Positions 1-10,303 of a stretch of 64,000 nt of DNA are shown piece by piece. The stretch comes from Candidatus Nomurabacteria bacterium (lineage in GTDB: Bacteria > Patescibacteriota > Minisyncoccia > Phycocordibacterales > UBA9973). Under the pieces are notes generated by a model. The model was not told where the DNA came from and searched no databases. It was given only the letters and a program-made list of their open reading frames with translations. The DNA is taken from contig JAHFNS010000002.1 in NCBI GenBank assembly GCA_023267215.1, positions 192,892 through 256,891 on the forward strand. The letters run 5' to 3'. Both the position numbers and the translations under genes were made by a program. Within the stretch, counting starts at the first letter, position 1. Each line of letters begins with the position of its first letter.

Positions 1-50
1 TTAATTATTAAAATGTTTTCTCGTCGTTTTTTCATAAACTAACTATATAT

Positions 51-1343
51 TTATTTCAAGAAATTCTTATTTCTCAATTTCTTATGATAAGCAATAGCAA
101 AACGATGTGCCTCACTATTTGCTAACAGAATTTCTTTTTTGTATTTTTTTCCAAACGCCAGGCTTTGGGCGCTCTTAAAGCCTGGCGTTGAAGAGGAGGA
201 AAGAATAGCCTTTGCTTTGTGCCGATCATCTTTTAAGACAGAAAGAACCTCTATTTTTAAGCCCATTTTAGCCAAAACAGCCTTAGCTGTATTAATTTGG
301 GCTATTCCCCCATCTACAACGATAAGCCTTGGATATGACCATTCAGGGTGTAATAGACGCCTTTCTAGGACTTCTTTTAAAGCACCAGTGTCATTTGCAT
401 CGGTTTGAGTTCTGATTTTAAATTTCTTATATTCACTTTTTATTACTTCTCCATTTTCTACAACTACCATTACTCCAACCATATTTTTACCAGACATGTG
501 GGCTATATCGTATGCCTCAATGCGTGTTTCTCCTCCTTGTTGAGGAGGAGTGCCCTTTAGGGCGAGATGGTGATTTTTAGAATTATCACCCGGAACCCCC
601 TCTTCCACGAGAAGGGGAGCAAAAGAAGAATCTTGTTTTATCAAAGCCACATCATTAATATGTTGCAATGCAAAAAGTTGTCTTTTTATTTCCCCAGCTT
701 TTTCAAATTCTTTAACTTTCGCATACTCTTTCATTTCTTTTTTCAAATTACTCAAAATCTTTTTCTTCTTACCCAGAAAAAGCAACCTAATATTTTTGAT
801 ATTGTTTTTATTCTCTACTAAATATTCTGGCACTAATTTTATTTGTTTATAAAATTCATCTCTACCTTTTGTGCCTTTTTTATCATCAAAATAAGGAAAA
901 ATTTTCCTTACAATTTTCAAAGCCTCACGTAATTGATTACCATTTGGAAAAGGACCAAAGAAAGAATCATATTTTTCTTTGTTAAGTATCTTTCCTCGCA
1001 CTATGGCAACCTTTTTATCTTTGGTGATGCAAACATAATTAAAACTTTTATCAGATTTTTCTTTAGTATTATATTTAGGCTGATATTTTTTAATCAAAGA
1101 TGCTTCTAAAATAAGTGCTTCAAGCACACTATCCGTAACAACCCATTTTATTTTTTCTGCTTTAAAAATTAAATCTACTAAAAGAGGACCTCTGGTCTCT
1201 ATGAGATCTTTTCCAAAATAACTTTTGACCCTATCTTTAAGAGAAGTTGCCTTACCAATATATAAAATTTCTTTTCCTTTCTTAAAAAAGTAAACTCCGG
1301 GTTTATTTGGTAATTTTATTTTTTTTAGATATGAAATTTTCAT
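51..1343 (-). CDS. uvrC: Excinuclease ABC subunit C, short form (GIY-YIG + UVR + RNaseH-like; no C-terminal HhH); two hairpin insertions
   Basis: LPNKPGVYFF..ILYIGKA..LKDRVKSYF, RIEAYDIAHMSG, LIVVDGG motifs; follows uvrB-uvrA. Confidence 0.95.
   Translation of the reverse strand: MKISYLKKIKLPNKPGVYFFKKGKEILYIGKATSLKDRVKSYFGKDLIETRGPLLVDLIFKAEKIKWVVTDSVLEALILEASLIKKYQPKYNTKEKSDKSFNYVCITKDKKVAIVRGKILNKEKYDSFFGPFPNGNQLREALKIVRKIFPYFDDKKGTKGRDEFYKQIKLVPEYLVENKNNIKNIRLLFLGKKKKILSNLKKEMKEYAKVKEFEKAGEIKRQLFALQHINDVALIKQDSSFAPLLVEEGVPGDNSKNHHLALKGTPPQQGGETRIEAYDIAHMSGKNMVGVMVVVENGEVIKSEYKKFKIRTQTDANDTGALKEVLERRLLHPEWSYPRLIVVDGGIAQINTAKAVLAKMGLKIEVLSVLKDDRHKAKAILSSSSTPGFKSAQSLAFGKKYKKEILLANSEAHRFAIAYHKKLRNKNFLK
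154..189. repeat. Family A hairpin, in frame in uvrC
   Basis: 13-bp arms aacgccaggcttt / aaagcctggcgtt; peptide TPGFKSAQSLAF. Confidence 0.8.
528..620. repeat. Family B double-hairpin element, in frame in uvrC
   Basis: Close homologue of 60731-60821 in murI; peptide PLLVEEG..HLALKGTPPQQGGE. Confidence 0.9.
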
Positions 1344-1348
1344 GAGAA

Positions 1349-3973
1349 TTATTTTCGTAAAGCCTTTTTAAGATATTTACCTGTATAACTCTTACTATTG
1401 TTGGCTATATCTTCAGGTGTACCTTTTGCAACAAGATTGCCACCATTTGCTCCTCCTTCGGGACCAATATCTATAACATAATCCGAATTTTTAATAACAT
1501 CAAGGTTGTGCTCAATTAAAACAACTGTGTTTCCTTTTGAAACAAGTTTATTTAATACTTCTAAAAGTTTCACCACATCATCATAATGAAGCCCTACTGT
1601 TGGTTCATCAAGAAGATAAATAGTTTTTTCTAAGTGTGGACGATAAAGTTCACTAGAAATTTTTACACGCTGTGCTTCTCCCCCAGAAAGAGTTGTGGCG
1701 GATTGACCAAGTTCTAGATATCCTAAACCTACTCCCATAAGTGTATACAAGCGATCATAAATTGCAGGAATATCTTTAAAAAAGATTAACCCTTCTTCAA
1801 CTGTCATATGAAGTACTTCATAAATATTTTTTTTCTTATATTTTATGGTTAGTGTTTCTTTGTCAAAACGTTTACCATTACAAACGTCACAAGTAACATA
1901 AACTGTAGGTAAAAAATGCATTTCCACCGCAATTTGACCATTTCCCTCACAAGCTTCACAGCGTCCACCTTTTACGTTGAAAGAAAAACGGTTTGATTTC
2001 CATCCACGCAAACGTGCTTCTTCTGTTGTAGCAAATAAATCACGAATATGTGTAAATGCACCAGTATAAGTAGCTAGGTTAGAACGTGGAGTTCTACCAA
2101 TTGGAGATTGATCAATGAGAATTGCACGAGACAAATATTCAGTACCAGAAAAAGAAGAACAATTAAAAACTTTAGCTGTGCGATATTTTCTTTCATAATG
2201 AGCTTGAAGATTTTTATACAAAATCTCATACATAAAAGAACTTTTACCAGAACCAGATACTCCTGTTATAGAAGTCATCACCCCAAGGGGAACTTCAACA
2301 TTTAAATTTTTTATATTAAAAACTTTTCCACCAGCTATACGTAATACGCCTTTACTTTCACGACGTTTTTCTGGAATAGTAATTTTTTCTTCTTCACGTA
2401 AATAAGCAAGAGTTCTGGAATTACTTACATTTTTCTTTGCAGTTAATAATTCTTCCAACCATCCTGAAACAACAACTTTACCACCATGCACTCCAGCCTT
2501 AGGTCCAATATCTACTATATAATCAGACGCATAAATAGTGTCTTCATCATGTTCTACTATTATGATGGTATTACCTAAATCCCGTAGATTTTCCAACGTT
2601 TTTATCAAACGATCATTATCACGTTGGTGTAATCCTATGGTTGGTTCATCTAGCACATAGAGTGCACCAACCAATCTAGAACCAAGTTGTGATGCTAATC
2701 TTATACGCTGAGCTTCCCCACCAGACAAAGTATTTGCTTTACGGGAAAGTTGTAAATAATCAAGTCCCACATCTAACATAAATTGAAGTCGGGCTTCTAT
2801 TTCACGAACTACTGGAAGAGAAATTTCTTTTTCTTGATCTGAAAGTTTTAGTGTTTTGAAAAATTCTGCAGCTTCTTCTATTGAAAAAGTTGAAAGTTCT
2901 AAAATATTTACCCTTCCAGAAGCCGGGCTTTGGTGTCCCTTAAAGCCCGGCTTCGGAGAAGACAAAAAAACATTCAACGCTTCAGGTCGAAGTCTTGCTC
3001 CATGACATGCATCACAAGGTTCTTCCCCAAGAAAATATTTTGAACCTAATCCATGACAAACTTCACAAGCTCCATATGGAGAGTTAAAAGAGAAAAGTCT
3101 TGGCTCTATTTCAGGAAAAGAAAAACCATCGTTCTTACATGCAAATTTTGATGACATTACAAATTCCTCCTCACCAATTTTTATAGTAACAAGTCCTGCT
3201 GATTCTAAAAGAGCTCGTTCTAGTGCTTCAGCTAGTCTTGTACGACTTTCATCTTTTTTACTGAAAAACTCATGAACAGCAAAATGATCAACTAAAATAT
3301 CAATATTATGTGCTTTATTTTTAGATAAAATTATTTGCTCACGTAATTTTTTCATATCTCCATCTAAACGTATTTCAGAAAATCCTTTACCAAGTAAATC
3401 ATAAAGTAGTTGATAATATTCTCCTTTACGTCCGCGAACAACTGGAGAAAAAATATTAATTTCAGTTTCATTCCATTCTACTCCCATCACAGACCTTTTA
3501 TTTTTTTTAGTTTTACTAATTGTTTGTATTTTACCCAAAACAAAATTTAGAATTTCTTCATTAGAAAGTTTTTTAATTTCTTCACCACAATTAGGACAAT
3601 GTGGATGACCAATACGTGCATACATTACTCTTAAGTAATCATATATTTCGGTAATAGTTGCAACTGTTGAACGTGGGTTATTAGAACGAGACTTTTGATC
3701 AATGGAAATAGCTGGAGAAAGACCTGTTATCTCATCGATGTCTGGTTTCGGCATTTGATTTAAAAATTGTCTTGCATAAGAAGAGAGTGATTCTACATAC
3801 CTTCTTTGTCCCTCAGCAAAAATGGTATCAAAAGCAAGTGATGATTTCCCAGAGCCAGAAACACCAGTAATGACAACCATGCTATTACGTGGCATTTCTA
3901 CACTTATATTCTTTAAATTATGGGTTCTCGCCCCTTTTATTGTTATTTTATCTATGTTTTTATCTATTTTCAT
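1349..3973 (-). CDS. uvrA: Excinuclease ABC subunit A
   Basis: Two Walker [10 protein letters not shown], two LSGGEAQR signatures, Zn-finger CxxC pairs. Confidence 0.98.
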   Translation of the reverse strand: MKIDKNIDKITIKGARTHNLKNISVEMPRNSMVVITGVSGSGKSSLAFDTIFAEGQRRYVESLSSYARQFLNQMPKPDIDEITGLSPAISIDQKSRSNNPRSTVATITEIYDYLRVMYARIGHPHCPNCGEEIKKLSNEEILNFVLGKIQTISKTKKNKRSVMGVEWNETEINIFSPVVRGRKGEYYQLLYDLLGKGFSEIRLDGDMKKLREQIILSKNKAHNIDILVDHFAVHEFFSKKDESRTRLAEALERALLESAGLVTIKIGEEEFVMSSKFACKNDGFSFPEIEPRLFSFNSPYGACEVCHGLGSKYFLGEEPCDACHGARLRPEALNVFLSSPKPGFKGHQSPASGRVNILELSTFSIEEAAEFFKTLKLSDQEKEISLPVVREIEARLQFMLDVGLDYLQLSRKANTLSGGEAQRIRLASQLGSRLVGALYVLDEPTIGLHQRDNDRLIKTLENLRDLGNTIIIVEHDEDTIYASDYIVDIGPKAGVHGGKVVVSGWLEELLTAKKNVSNSRTLAYLREEEKITIPEKRRESKGVLRIAGGKVFNIKNLNVEVPLGVMTSITGVSGSGKSSFMYEILYKNLQAHYERKYRTAKVFNCSSFSGTEYLSRAILIDQSPIGRTPRSNLATYTGAFTHIRDLFATTEEARLRGWKSNRFSFNVKGGRCEACEGNGQIAVEMHFLPTVYVTCDVCNGKRFDKETLTIKYKKKNIYEVLHMTVEEGLIFFKDIPAIYDRLYTLMGVGLGYLELGQSATTLSGGEAQRVKISSELYRPHLEKTIYLLDEPTVGLHYDDVVKLLEVLNKLVSKGNTVVLIEHNLDVIKNSDYVIDIGPEGGANGGNLVAKGTPEDIANNSKSYTGKYLKKALRK
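2919..2954. repeat. Family A hairpin, in frame in uvrA
   Basis: 13-bp arms gaagccgggcttt / aaagcccggcttc; peptide [13 protein letters not shown]. Confidence 0.85.
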
Positions 3974-4080
3974 ATATCTATATTTAAGCTTATAACGAAA
4001 CTACACCCAACCTTGTTCTTAGGGGGTGTCTATCAATATTTAGTTACTTTTAATATACCAGAAAGAGAATATTTTACAAA

Positions 4081-6375
4081 CTATTTTTCTGACCTTTCTT
4101 TTAGAACAATTATTTCATCGCGTAAAATTGCAGCTGTTTCAAAATCTAATTCTTTCACTGCTTTATTCATTTCACGCTCTTTAATTTTAATTATTTTATC
4201 ATAAACAACTTTATTACGTTCTTCGTCTGAAAGCATTGTATTTTTTATTGAATCCGACTCATTTTTTCCTTTATTGCTTTTTTCTTTTTTAAATGCTTTT
4301 TTGAATAACTCAATATCAAGTGACAGTTCAGTATTCACAGCTTTCCCATGTTCACTTTCCATTTCTTGTGTGATGTCTTTAATATTTTTTATTATTGTTT
4401 TTGGAGTAATACCATTTTCTTTATTATAAGCAAGCTGAATATTTCTACGACGAGTTGTTTCTCCTATCGCTCTATCCATAGAACCAGTCATTGTGTCGGC
4501 ATAAAGAATAACCTTACCTTCACTATTACGAGCAGCACGGCCAATGGTCTGAATCAAAGCTGTTTCTGAACGCAAAAACCCTTCTTTATCGGCATCTAAT
4601 ATACCAATCAAGGCTACTTCTGGTAAATCTAATCCTTCCCTTAGTAAGTTTACTCCAACCAATACATCAAACTCTCCTCTTCTAAATTGAGTAAGAATTT
4701 TTATTCTATCTATTGTTTTAATATCACTATGAAGATATTCAGCTTTAATCTTTTTGTCTTTTAAATAAAGAGATAGATCCTCTGCCATTTTTTTTGTTAG
4801 TGTTGTCGCTAAAACACGGAAACCTTTCTTGATTGTTTTCTCTGCTTCTTTTATAAAATCCTGAATCTGCCCGGGATAGTACTCAGAGGAGTATTCGCTA
4901 CGACCAGATAAAACTTGCCCTTCCAAGATAGAGTGCGAACGACGGCGAGCACTATCCCGGGCAGATTCTTCCGAGACAGGCCTTACTGAAATTTCTGGAT
5001 CTACAAGACCAGTCGGGCGAATTATTTGTTCTACCATTTGTTCGCTTTGAGTACGTTCTTGTTCACTAGGCGTTGCGCTAGTATAAACAACAGGACCAAT
5101 CTTTTCACTAAATTCTTCATATTTTAAAGGCCTATTATCCTTTGCTGAAGGTAGACGAAAACCATATTCCACAAGGGTATTTTTACGAGAAGCATCGCCT
5201 GCATACATACCCTGCAATTGTGGTAAGGTTACATGTGATTCATCAATAATTGTTAAAAAGTCTGGTCCCCCCGAAGCTGGGCTTAAGGACTTCTGTTTTT
5301 TATTACCTGCCCCTAAGCCCAGCTTCGGGGAAACGGGAAAGTAAGAAAGCAATGTCTCTGGTGGTTCACCTTCTTTTTTATCTGATAAATGTCTAGAATA
5401 ATTTTCTATGCCATTACAATATCCAACTTCTTTTATCATCGCCAAATCATAGTTAGTTCTTCTCTTTATACGCTCTGCTTCCAATAATTTTCCTTCTTTT
5501 TCAAATTTCTTTAATTGTTTGTTTAATTCTTTTTTTATTTCTACTAATGCTTTTTTCTTTTTTACATCTTCGGTAATAAAATGTTTAGCTGGAAAAATAA
5601 AAATGTCTTTTTTTTCTTCAATTATTTGGGAAGAAATTGGATCAATTTTTTTTATTTCACTCAAAACCGAATTTAAAGCTGGGCTTTGGGGATTCTTAAA
5701 GCCCAGCTTTTGAATACCAAATTCTATTTGATACATCATTGTTTCAGAAACTGGCATAAATTCTACCCTAGAACCAATAGAACGAAAGGTCCCTGGGGTT
5801 AAATCAACATTCGTACGTTCAAAATGAATCGCAATTAACTTTTTCATTAAAGTCATCCTATCCATTTTCATTCCAACCTTTAACTTCAAATTAACCTTTT
5901 CATATTCTTCTGGTGAACCTAAACCATAAATACAAGAAACAGATGCAACAATTATCACATCACGTCTAGTAAGTAGGGCTTGTGTGGTAGCGTGACGCAA
6001 GCGGTCTATCTCTTTATTTATCTGTGCATCTTTTTCTATATAAGTATCTGATGCAGGCATATATGCTTCCGGCTGATAATAATCATAATAAGAAACAAAA
6101 TAATGCACAGCAGCTTCTGGAAAAAATTCTCGAAATTCTGAAGCAAGTTGTGCAGCTAGGGTTTTATTATGAGCTATTACAAGTGTTGGTTTATTATATT
6201 TTGCTATTACATTAGCAACAGTAAAAGTCTTACCCGTGCCTGTAGCGCCGATCAATGTCTGCTTATTCATTCCCTTCTTAAGTCCTTCTAAAAGCTTTAA
6301 AATAGCCTTCGGTTGGTCTCCTGCGGGCTTAAAAGGACTATGTAATTTAAAAATACTCCCTTGATTTTCTACCAT
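4081..6375 (-). CDS. uvrB: Excinuclease ABC subunit B; three hairpin insertions
   Basis: GATGTGKT, FVSYYDYYQPEAY, IDESH, INLLREGLD-like, C-terminal UVR. Confidence 0.98.
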   Translation of the reverse strand: MVENQGSIFKLHSPFKPAGDQPKAILKLLEGLKKGMNKQTLIGATGTGKTFTVANVIAKYNKPTLVIAHNKTLAAQLASEFREFFPEAAVHYFVSYYDYYQPEAYMPASDTYIEKDAQINKEIDRLRHATTQALLTRRDVIIVASVSCIYGLGSPEEYEKVNLKLKVGMKMDRMTLMKKLIAIHFERTNVDLTPGTFRSIGSRVEFMPVSETMMYQIEFGIQKLGFKNPQSPALNSVLSEIKKIDPISSQIIEEKKDIFIFPAKHFITEDVKKKKALVEIKKELNKQLKKFEKEGKLLEAERIKRRTNYDLAMIKEVGYCNGIENYSRHLSDKKEGEPPETLLSYFPVSPKLGLGAGNKKQKSLSPASGGPDFLTIIDESHVTLPQLQGMYAGDASRKNTLVEYGFRLPSAKDNRPLKYEEFSEKIGPVVYTSATPSEQERTQSEQMVEQIIRPTGLVDPEISVRPVSEESARDSARRRSHSILEGQVLSGRSEYSSEYYPGQIQDFIKEAEKTIKKGFRVLATTLTKKMAEDLSLYLKDKKIKAEYLHSDIKTIDRIKILTQFRRGEFDVLVGVNLLREGLDLPEVALIGILDADKEGFLRSETALIQTIGRAARNSEGKVILYADTMTGSMDRAIGETTRRRNIQLAYNKENGITPKTIIKNIKDITQEMESEHGKAVNTELSLDIELFKKAFKKEKSNKGKNESDSIKNTMLSDEERNKVVYDKIIKIKEREMNKAVKELDFETAAILRDEIIVLKERSEK
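4863..4968 (-). repeat. Family D element, in frame in uvrB
   Basis: Perfect 18-bp arms gaatctgcccgggatagt / actatcccgggcagattc; core cgctac-N19-ttcca-N8-tgcga has the same spacing as the copy at 63198-63299. Confidence 0.8.
5269..5330. repeat. Family A hairpin, in frame in uvrB
   Basis: Perfect 17-bp arms ccccgaagctgggctta / taagcccagcttcgggg; peptide SPKLGLG..LSPASG. Confidence 0.9.
5675..5710. repeat. Family A hairpin, in frame in uvrB
   Basis: 13-bp arms aaagctgggcttt / aaagcccagcttt; peptide KLGFKNPQSPAL. Confidence 0.85.
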
Positions 6376-6398
6376 ATTTGCTATATTATCACATATAC

Positions 6399-6471
6399 GC
6401 GCCCGTAGCTCAGCTGGTAGAGCAGATCCCTTTTAAGGATAAGGTCCTCGGTTCGATCCCGAGCGGGCGCA
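6399..6471 (+). tRNA. tRNA-Lys(TTT), CCA not encoded
   Basis: Acceptor gcgcccg/cgggcgc, anticodon loop cttttaa, T-loop ttcgatc. Confidence 0.95.
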
Positions 6472-6609
6472 CAACGTTAAGAAAAATTTGCACTTCTGCA
6501 GATTTTTTAGTTGTGCGAGCCGCAGCCTTAATTTTTCAGTAGAAAAATGGGCGAGGCAGGGTCGTGAAAATTTTGTTTTGACGAAAACAAAATTATTCCT
6601 GACCACATT

Positions 6610-7257
6610 TTAAAAAATTTCAAGTAAAAACTGCTCAAAGACAGCTTCGGCATCTTTTCCTTCCTTGCGGGCTTCGGGTAATAGGTATGAGAGTTTGGCT
6701 GTAAAATTTCTAAGTTCTTCTTCTTTAAATTTACTAAAATTTTTTTTAAGCATCATGTCTTTGGCCTTCCAAAAGAGAACACCGACTAGTTCTTCCATCC
6801 CGACACCGACATCTATCGCTTGTCTGTAGTGTATCCATAAATTTAATTTATCTTTTTTTTCAAAATCATAAGCTAGCAAAAAATTATCATATTTTTCCTT
6901 TTTTTCTTTTGATAGTTCAAAAACATTAAGTTCTGCTCTAGCTTTTTTAAATGCATCTAAAATCGGCTTGTTTAATCTACCTTCTATAAAAACGAAATCA
7001 TTCTCCGAATCTCCCATTAAACTCAATTTTTCTAAGACAAAAGAGAGCGTTTCTTCTTTCTCAAAAATATTTGTGAAGACGACAACACATTTAGTAAAAA
7101 ATAATCCTGCTCCAGAATAAAAACTCTCTACTTCCATTGGGTTAAAATCATTTTTGCCAATAAAAAAAGTCTCCGTACCGAGAGGTATGGATTTTATGAA
7201 TTTTTCATAAACTCTATGTTTGTTTTTAGTATCATCGCCACAAAAAAGATAAATCAT
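6610..7257 (-). CDS. Short DNA polymerase III delta (HolA)-like protein
   Basis: MIYLFCGDD start, GLF motif, helical C-terminus typical of the delta subunit. Confidence 0.55.
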   Translation of the reverse strand: MIYLFCGDDTKNKHRVYEKFIKSIPLGTETFFIGKNDFNPMEVESFYSGAGLFFTKCVVVFTNIFEKEETLSFVLEKLSLMGDSENDFVFIEGRLNKPILDAFKKARAELNVFELSKEKKEKYDNFLLAYDFEKKDKLNLWIHYRQAIDVGVGMEELVGVLFWKAKDMMLKKNFSKFKEEELRNFTAKLSYLLPEARKEGKDAEAVFEQFLLEIF

Positions 7258-7258
7258 A

Positions 7259-7747
7259 TTAAAATTTGACTGATTCTTTGTATTCTAAATAAGGAGTGCC
7301 ATATTTTTCTGCGAGAATTTGCTCTTCTTTTTTTATAAATACAAATTTAGTAATGAAAAAAGAAAGTACTGAAAAAATAATTATAAACAAAGCGTTGGCC
7401 ATAATTCCAAAACCGAGCATCAAGAAGAAAAGTCCAAGATGTGTTGGACTTCTAGTATAACGATAAGGTCCACGCAAAAATGTCTCTTTAGTCATATTTT
7501 CTTTTTGTAATTTAAGAGAAGATTTCTGTGCCCAAACTATCAAGAATGTACCAAAAATTAAAAATATAATCCCAATCAAGGCCATAGTGACTCTTTCAAA
7601 AATTTCGATTGGAAACATAAAATCTAAAAAAAGTGCAATCAAAAAAGAAACAAAATAAAAAAGGTATGAGTATGCTAAAACCTTATGCACTCTGTTTTTA
7701 TGAAGATTTTTACTTCCGAATTGTTCTCCTCCTGGCTCCATTTGCAT
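7259..7747 (-). CDS. Isoprenylcysteine carboxyl methyltransferase / PEMT family membrane protein
   Basis: GPYRYTRSP..LG and EE..L..KYG..Y.EY motifs, TM helices. Confidence 0.85.
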   Translation of the reverse strand: MQMEPGGEQFGSKNLHKNRVHKVLAYSYLFYFVSFLIALFLDFMFPIEIFERVTMALIGIIFLIFGTFLIVWAQKSSLKLQKENMTKETFLRGPYRYTRSPTHLGLFFLMLGFGIMANALFIIIFSVLSFFITKFVFIKKEEQILAEKYGTPYLEYKESVKF

Positions 7748-7772
7748 TTTGTAATTATATCACAAAAATATA

Positions 7773-10238
7773 CTATTTAACCTCTCCAAAATTGTCCCCT
7801 GAACCAAAATGCACCAAGAGAGGAATATCTGTTTTGTATTTTAAATATGACCTTTCTAGGACCGTTTGCATGGCATTTTCTATTATTTTTTGAGCCTCTC
7901 CCAGCACTCCCTCCTCTACTTCATAAACTAACTCATCATGTATTTGTAAAACAAGATGTGCCTTATCCAATAATTTTGCTTTTTCTAAATCTTCTTCAGC
8001 ATACCTGATGGCAAGTTTTATTATATCCGCAGTAGCTGTGCCTTGGACGGGAGCATTTATAGCTGTACGTTCTGCCATATTTTTCAAAAATGGAATTCTA
8101 GAATTTATATTCGGAAAATACCTACGTCTACCAAAGAGAGTTTCGGTATAATTATTTTTCATTGCAAAAATTTTTACTCCTTCTAAATAATCCCGCAAGC
8201 CAGAAAATTGATTGAAATAATTGTCATAAAATTTTTGAGCTTCTTCTCTAGTACCTCCTAAACTTTTACGCAAAGCTGAAACCCCCATACCATAAATGAT
8301 ACCGAAATTTATAACTTTCGCTTTGCGACGCATTTCAGCATCTACTTTATCTATCGGTACACCAAAAACAAATGAGGCCACTCCCGCATGAATATCTTTG
8401 CCTTCGCGGAAAATTGCTGTCATCTTTTTATCTCCCGAAAGCATCGCTGCTACGCGAAGCTCTATCTGGCTATAATCAAAAGCCACGAGTTTGCATCCTT
8501 CCCCCGCGATAAAACCATTCCTTATTTTTTTACCTAGCTCTGTTTTGATTGGTAAATTTTGTAAATTTGGATCTTGAGAAGAAAATCTTCCTGTGGTCGT
8601 GCCATTTTGTAAAAATTTAGCATGTAAACGACCATCTTCTGCAATCATCTTTGGAATCACATCAATATAAGTAGAAAGCAATTTCTGTAATTCCCGATAA
8701 GAAAGAATTTCTTTTATAATTGGATTATCTTCTTCAAGTTCTTCTAAGACAGAAACTTTCGTGGAAAAAGAACCACTAGCATTTTTCTTTTTACTTGACT
8801 TCATTCCCATTTTCCCAAAAAGAACTTCTCCCATTTGTTTTGGAGAATTGATATTAAATTCTATCCCGGCTATTTTATATATTTTAGCTGTTAGTTTATC
8901 TAACTCTTGGTGATATTCTTTTGATATTTTTTCAAAATATTCCTTGTCTATAAGAATGCCCCACTCCTGCATCTCTTTGACTATTGGTATTATTGGCTTC
9001 TCTATCTCTTCATATACTTTTTCTAATCCTTTTTCTTTCAGCTTTTTAAAGATATATTCATAGGCTTTTTCAAAAGAATCGGCGTTGGCAAAATGCAAAA
9101 TATCATCCTGTGTAGGATTGGTTATATCTGAATTTATAAGCCAGAGGGCAATAGCTGCTTCTTGAAACTTTTCTTCAGAAATTTCTACAGAGGAAATCGG
9201 AGAAAGCAAAGTTTTGTCGGCCTCAAAAGACGAATCAAGAGAATTTTCTGATGGTCTGGCTGGGGGTCGGGGCCCCAGAGAACCGAGGACCTCAGAAAAT
9301 TCTGCTGGATTTGTCTTTTGACTATTGCTAAAAAAGTTTTTTAGACGCGCAAATAAACTTCTAAACTCAAATAAAGAAAAAGTTGTTTCAATTTTCTTCA
9401 AATCTGCATTTTCCCAAAAAGTTTTCTCTGGCAATTTGAAATCTACTGGGGCATCTGTCCTGATTTTTGCTAAAGTTTTGGAAAACAAAGCTTCTTCTTC
9501 ATTATTTTTTATTAATTCTAAAATTCTTGGAGAAATACCTTTTTTTATAAAAACACTCTCATCTTTTTTAATTTTTTTATATATTTCTTCTATCGTTCCA
9601 AAATTTACAATCAAATTAGTAGCCGTTTTTTCTCCAATACCTTTGATTCCAATAATATTATCAGACGGATCACCTCGTAAACCTTTATAATCTGGTAAAA
9701 GTTTCGGCTTAAATCCAAATCTATCCATAACTTTTTCTTCGTCATATAAAATCGTATCATTGATTCCCTTCTTCAGGGTGTACACTTGCACTTTTTTATC
9801 ATCTATTAATTGCATCGTATCCATATCGCCCGAGGCAATGACTATGTTTATGTTTTTATCTTTTTTTAATTTCTCAACTATCGTACCTAATACATCATCT
9901 GCCTCAAAGCCTGGAGCATCATAAATAGGCACGTTAAAGGCCTCAAAAATTTGCCTAGAATTTTTTAACTGCAAAACAAGAGCATCATCCGTCTTAGCCC
10001 TACCTGCTTTGTATTGGTCATAAGCTTCGTGTCTAAAGGTCTTTTGCGGTAAATCATAACAAGCCACGATATAATCAGGTTTTAAATCTGTAATTATCTT
10101 CATCAGCATTGTAGAAAGCCCATAAAGCGCCCCTGTCGGTTCGCCTTTAGAAGACAAAAATTCAGGCAACGCATGATAAGCCCGATGTATTATCGCATGA
10201 GAATCTAACAACACTAATGTCTTTTTGTCTTTAGTCAT
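7773..10238 (-). CDS. polA: DNA polymerase I (5'-3' exonuclease + polymerase; 3'-5' exonuclease region reduced)
   Basis: GFEADDVLGT, GDPSDNI, DYSQIELR, KVINFGIIYG, QIHDEL. Confidence 0.97.
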   Translation of the reverse strand: MTKDKKTLVLLDSHAIIHRAYHALPEFLSSKGEPTGALYGLSTMLMKIITDLKPDYIVACYDLPQKTFRHEAYDQYKAGRAKTDDALVLQLKNSRQIFEAFNVPIYDAPGFEADDVLGTIVEKLKKDKNINIVIASGDMDTMQLIDDKKVQVYTLKKGINDTILYDEEKVMDRFGFKPKLLPDYKGLRGDPSDNIIGIKGIGEKTATNLIVNFGTIEEIYKKIKKDESVFIKKGISPRILELIKNNEEEALFSKTLAKIRTDAPVDFKLPEKTFWENADLKKIETTFSLFEFRSLFARLKNFFSNSQKTNPAEFSEVLGSLGPRPPARPSENSLDSSFEADKTLLSPISSVEISEEKFQEAAIALWLINSDITNPTQDDILHFANADSFEKAYEYIFKKLKEKGLEKVYEEIEKPIIPIVKEMQEWGILIDKEYFEKISKEYHQELDKLTAKIYKIAGIEFNINSPKQMGEVLFGKMGMKSSKKKNASGSFSTKVSVLEELEEDNPIIKEILSYRELQKLLSTYIDVIPKMIAEDGRLHAKFLQNGTTTGRFSSQDPNLQNLPIKTELGKKIRNGFIAGEGCKLVAFDYSQIELRVAAMLSGDKKMTAIFREGKDIHAGVASFVFGVPIDKVDAEMRRKAKVINFGIIYGMGVSALRKSLGGTREEAQKFYDNYFNQFSGLRDYLEGVKIFAMKNNYTETLFGRRRYFPNINSRIPFLKNMAERTAINAPVQGTATADIIKLAIRYAEEDLEKAKLLDKAHLVLQIHDELVYEVEEGVLGEAQKIIENAMQTVLERSYLKYKTDIPLLVHFGSGDNFGEVK
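9240..9303 (+). repeat. Family C element, in frame in the polA linker
   Basis: Arms agaattttctga / tcagaaaattct around core tggtctggc..ccgaggacc. Confidence 0.85.
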
Positions 10239-10303
10239 TATCTAGATTATATCATTTTTATAGTTGGTTATTCATAAGAAAATGTTGTATTATTAAAAAG
10301 TAA

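Noticed and set aside
51-1343. uvrC as a pseudogene
   Set aside because: The frame is open and both nuclease motifs are intact; it reads as a streamlined form.
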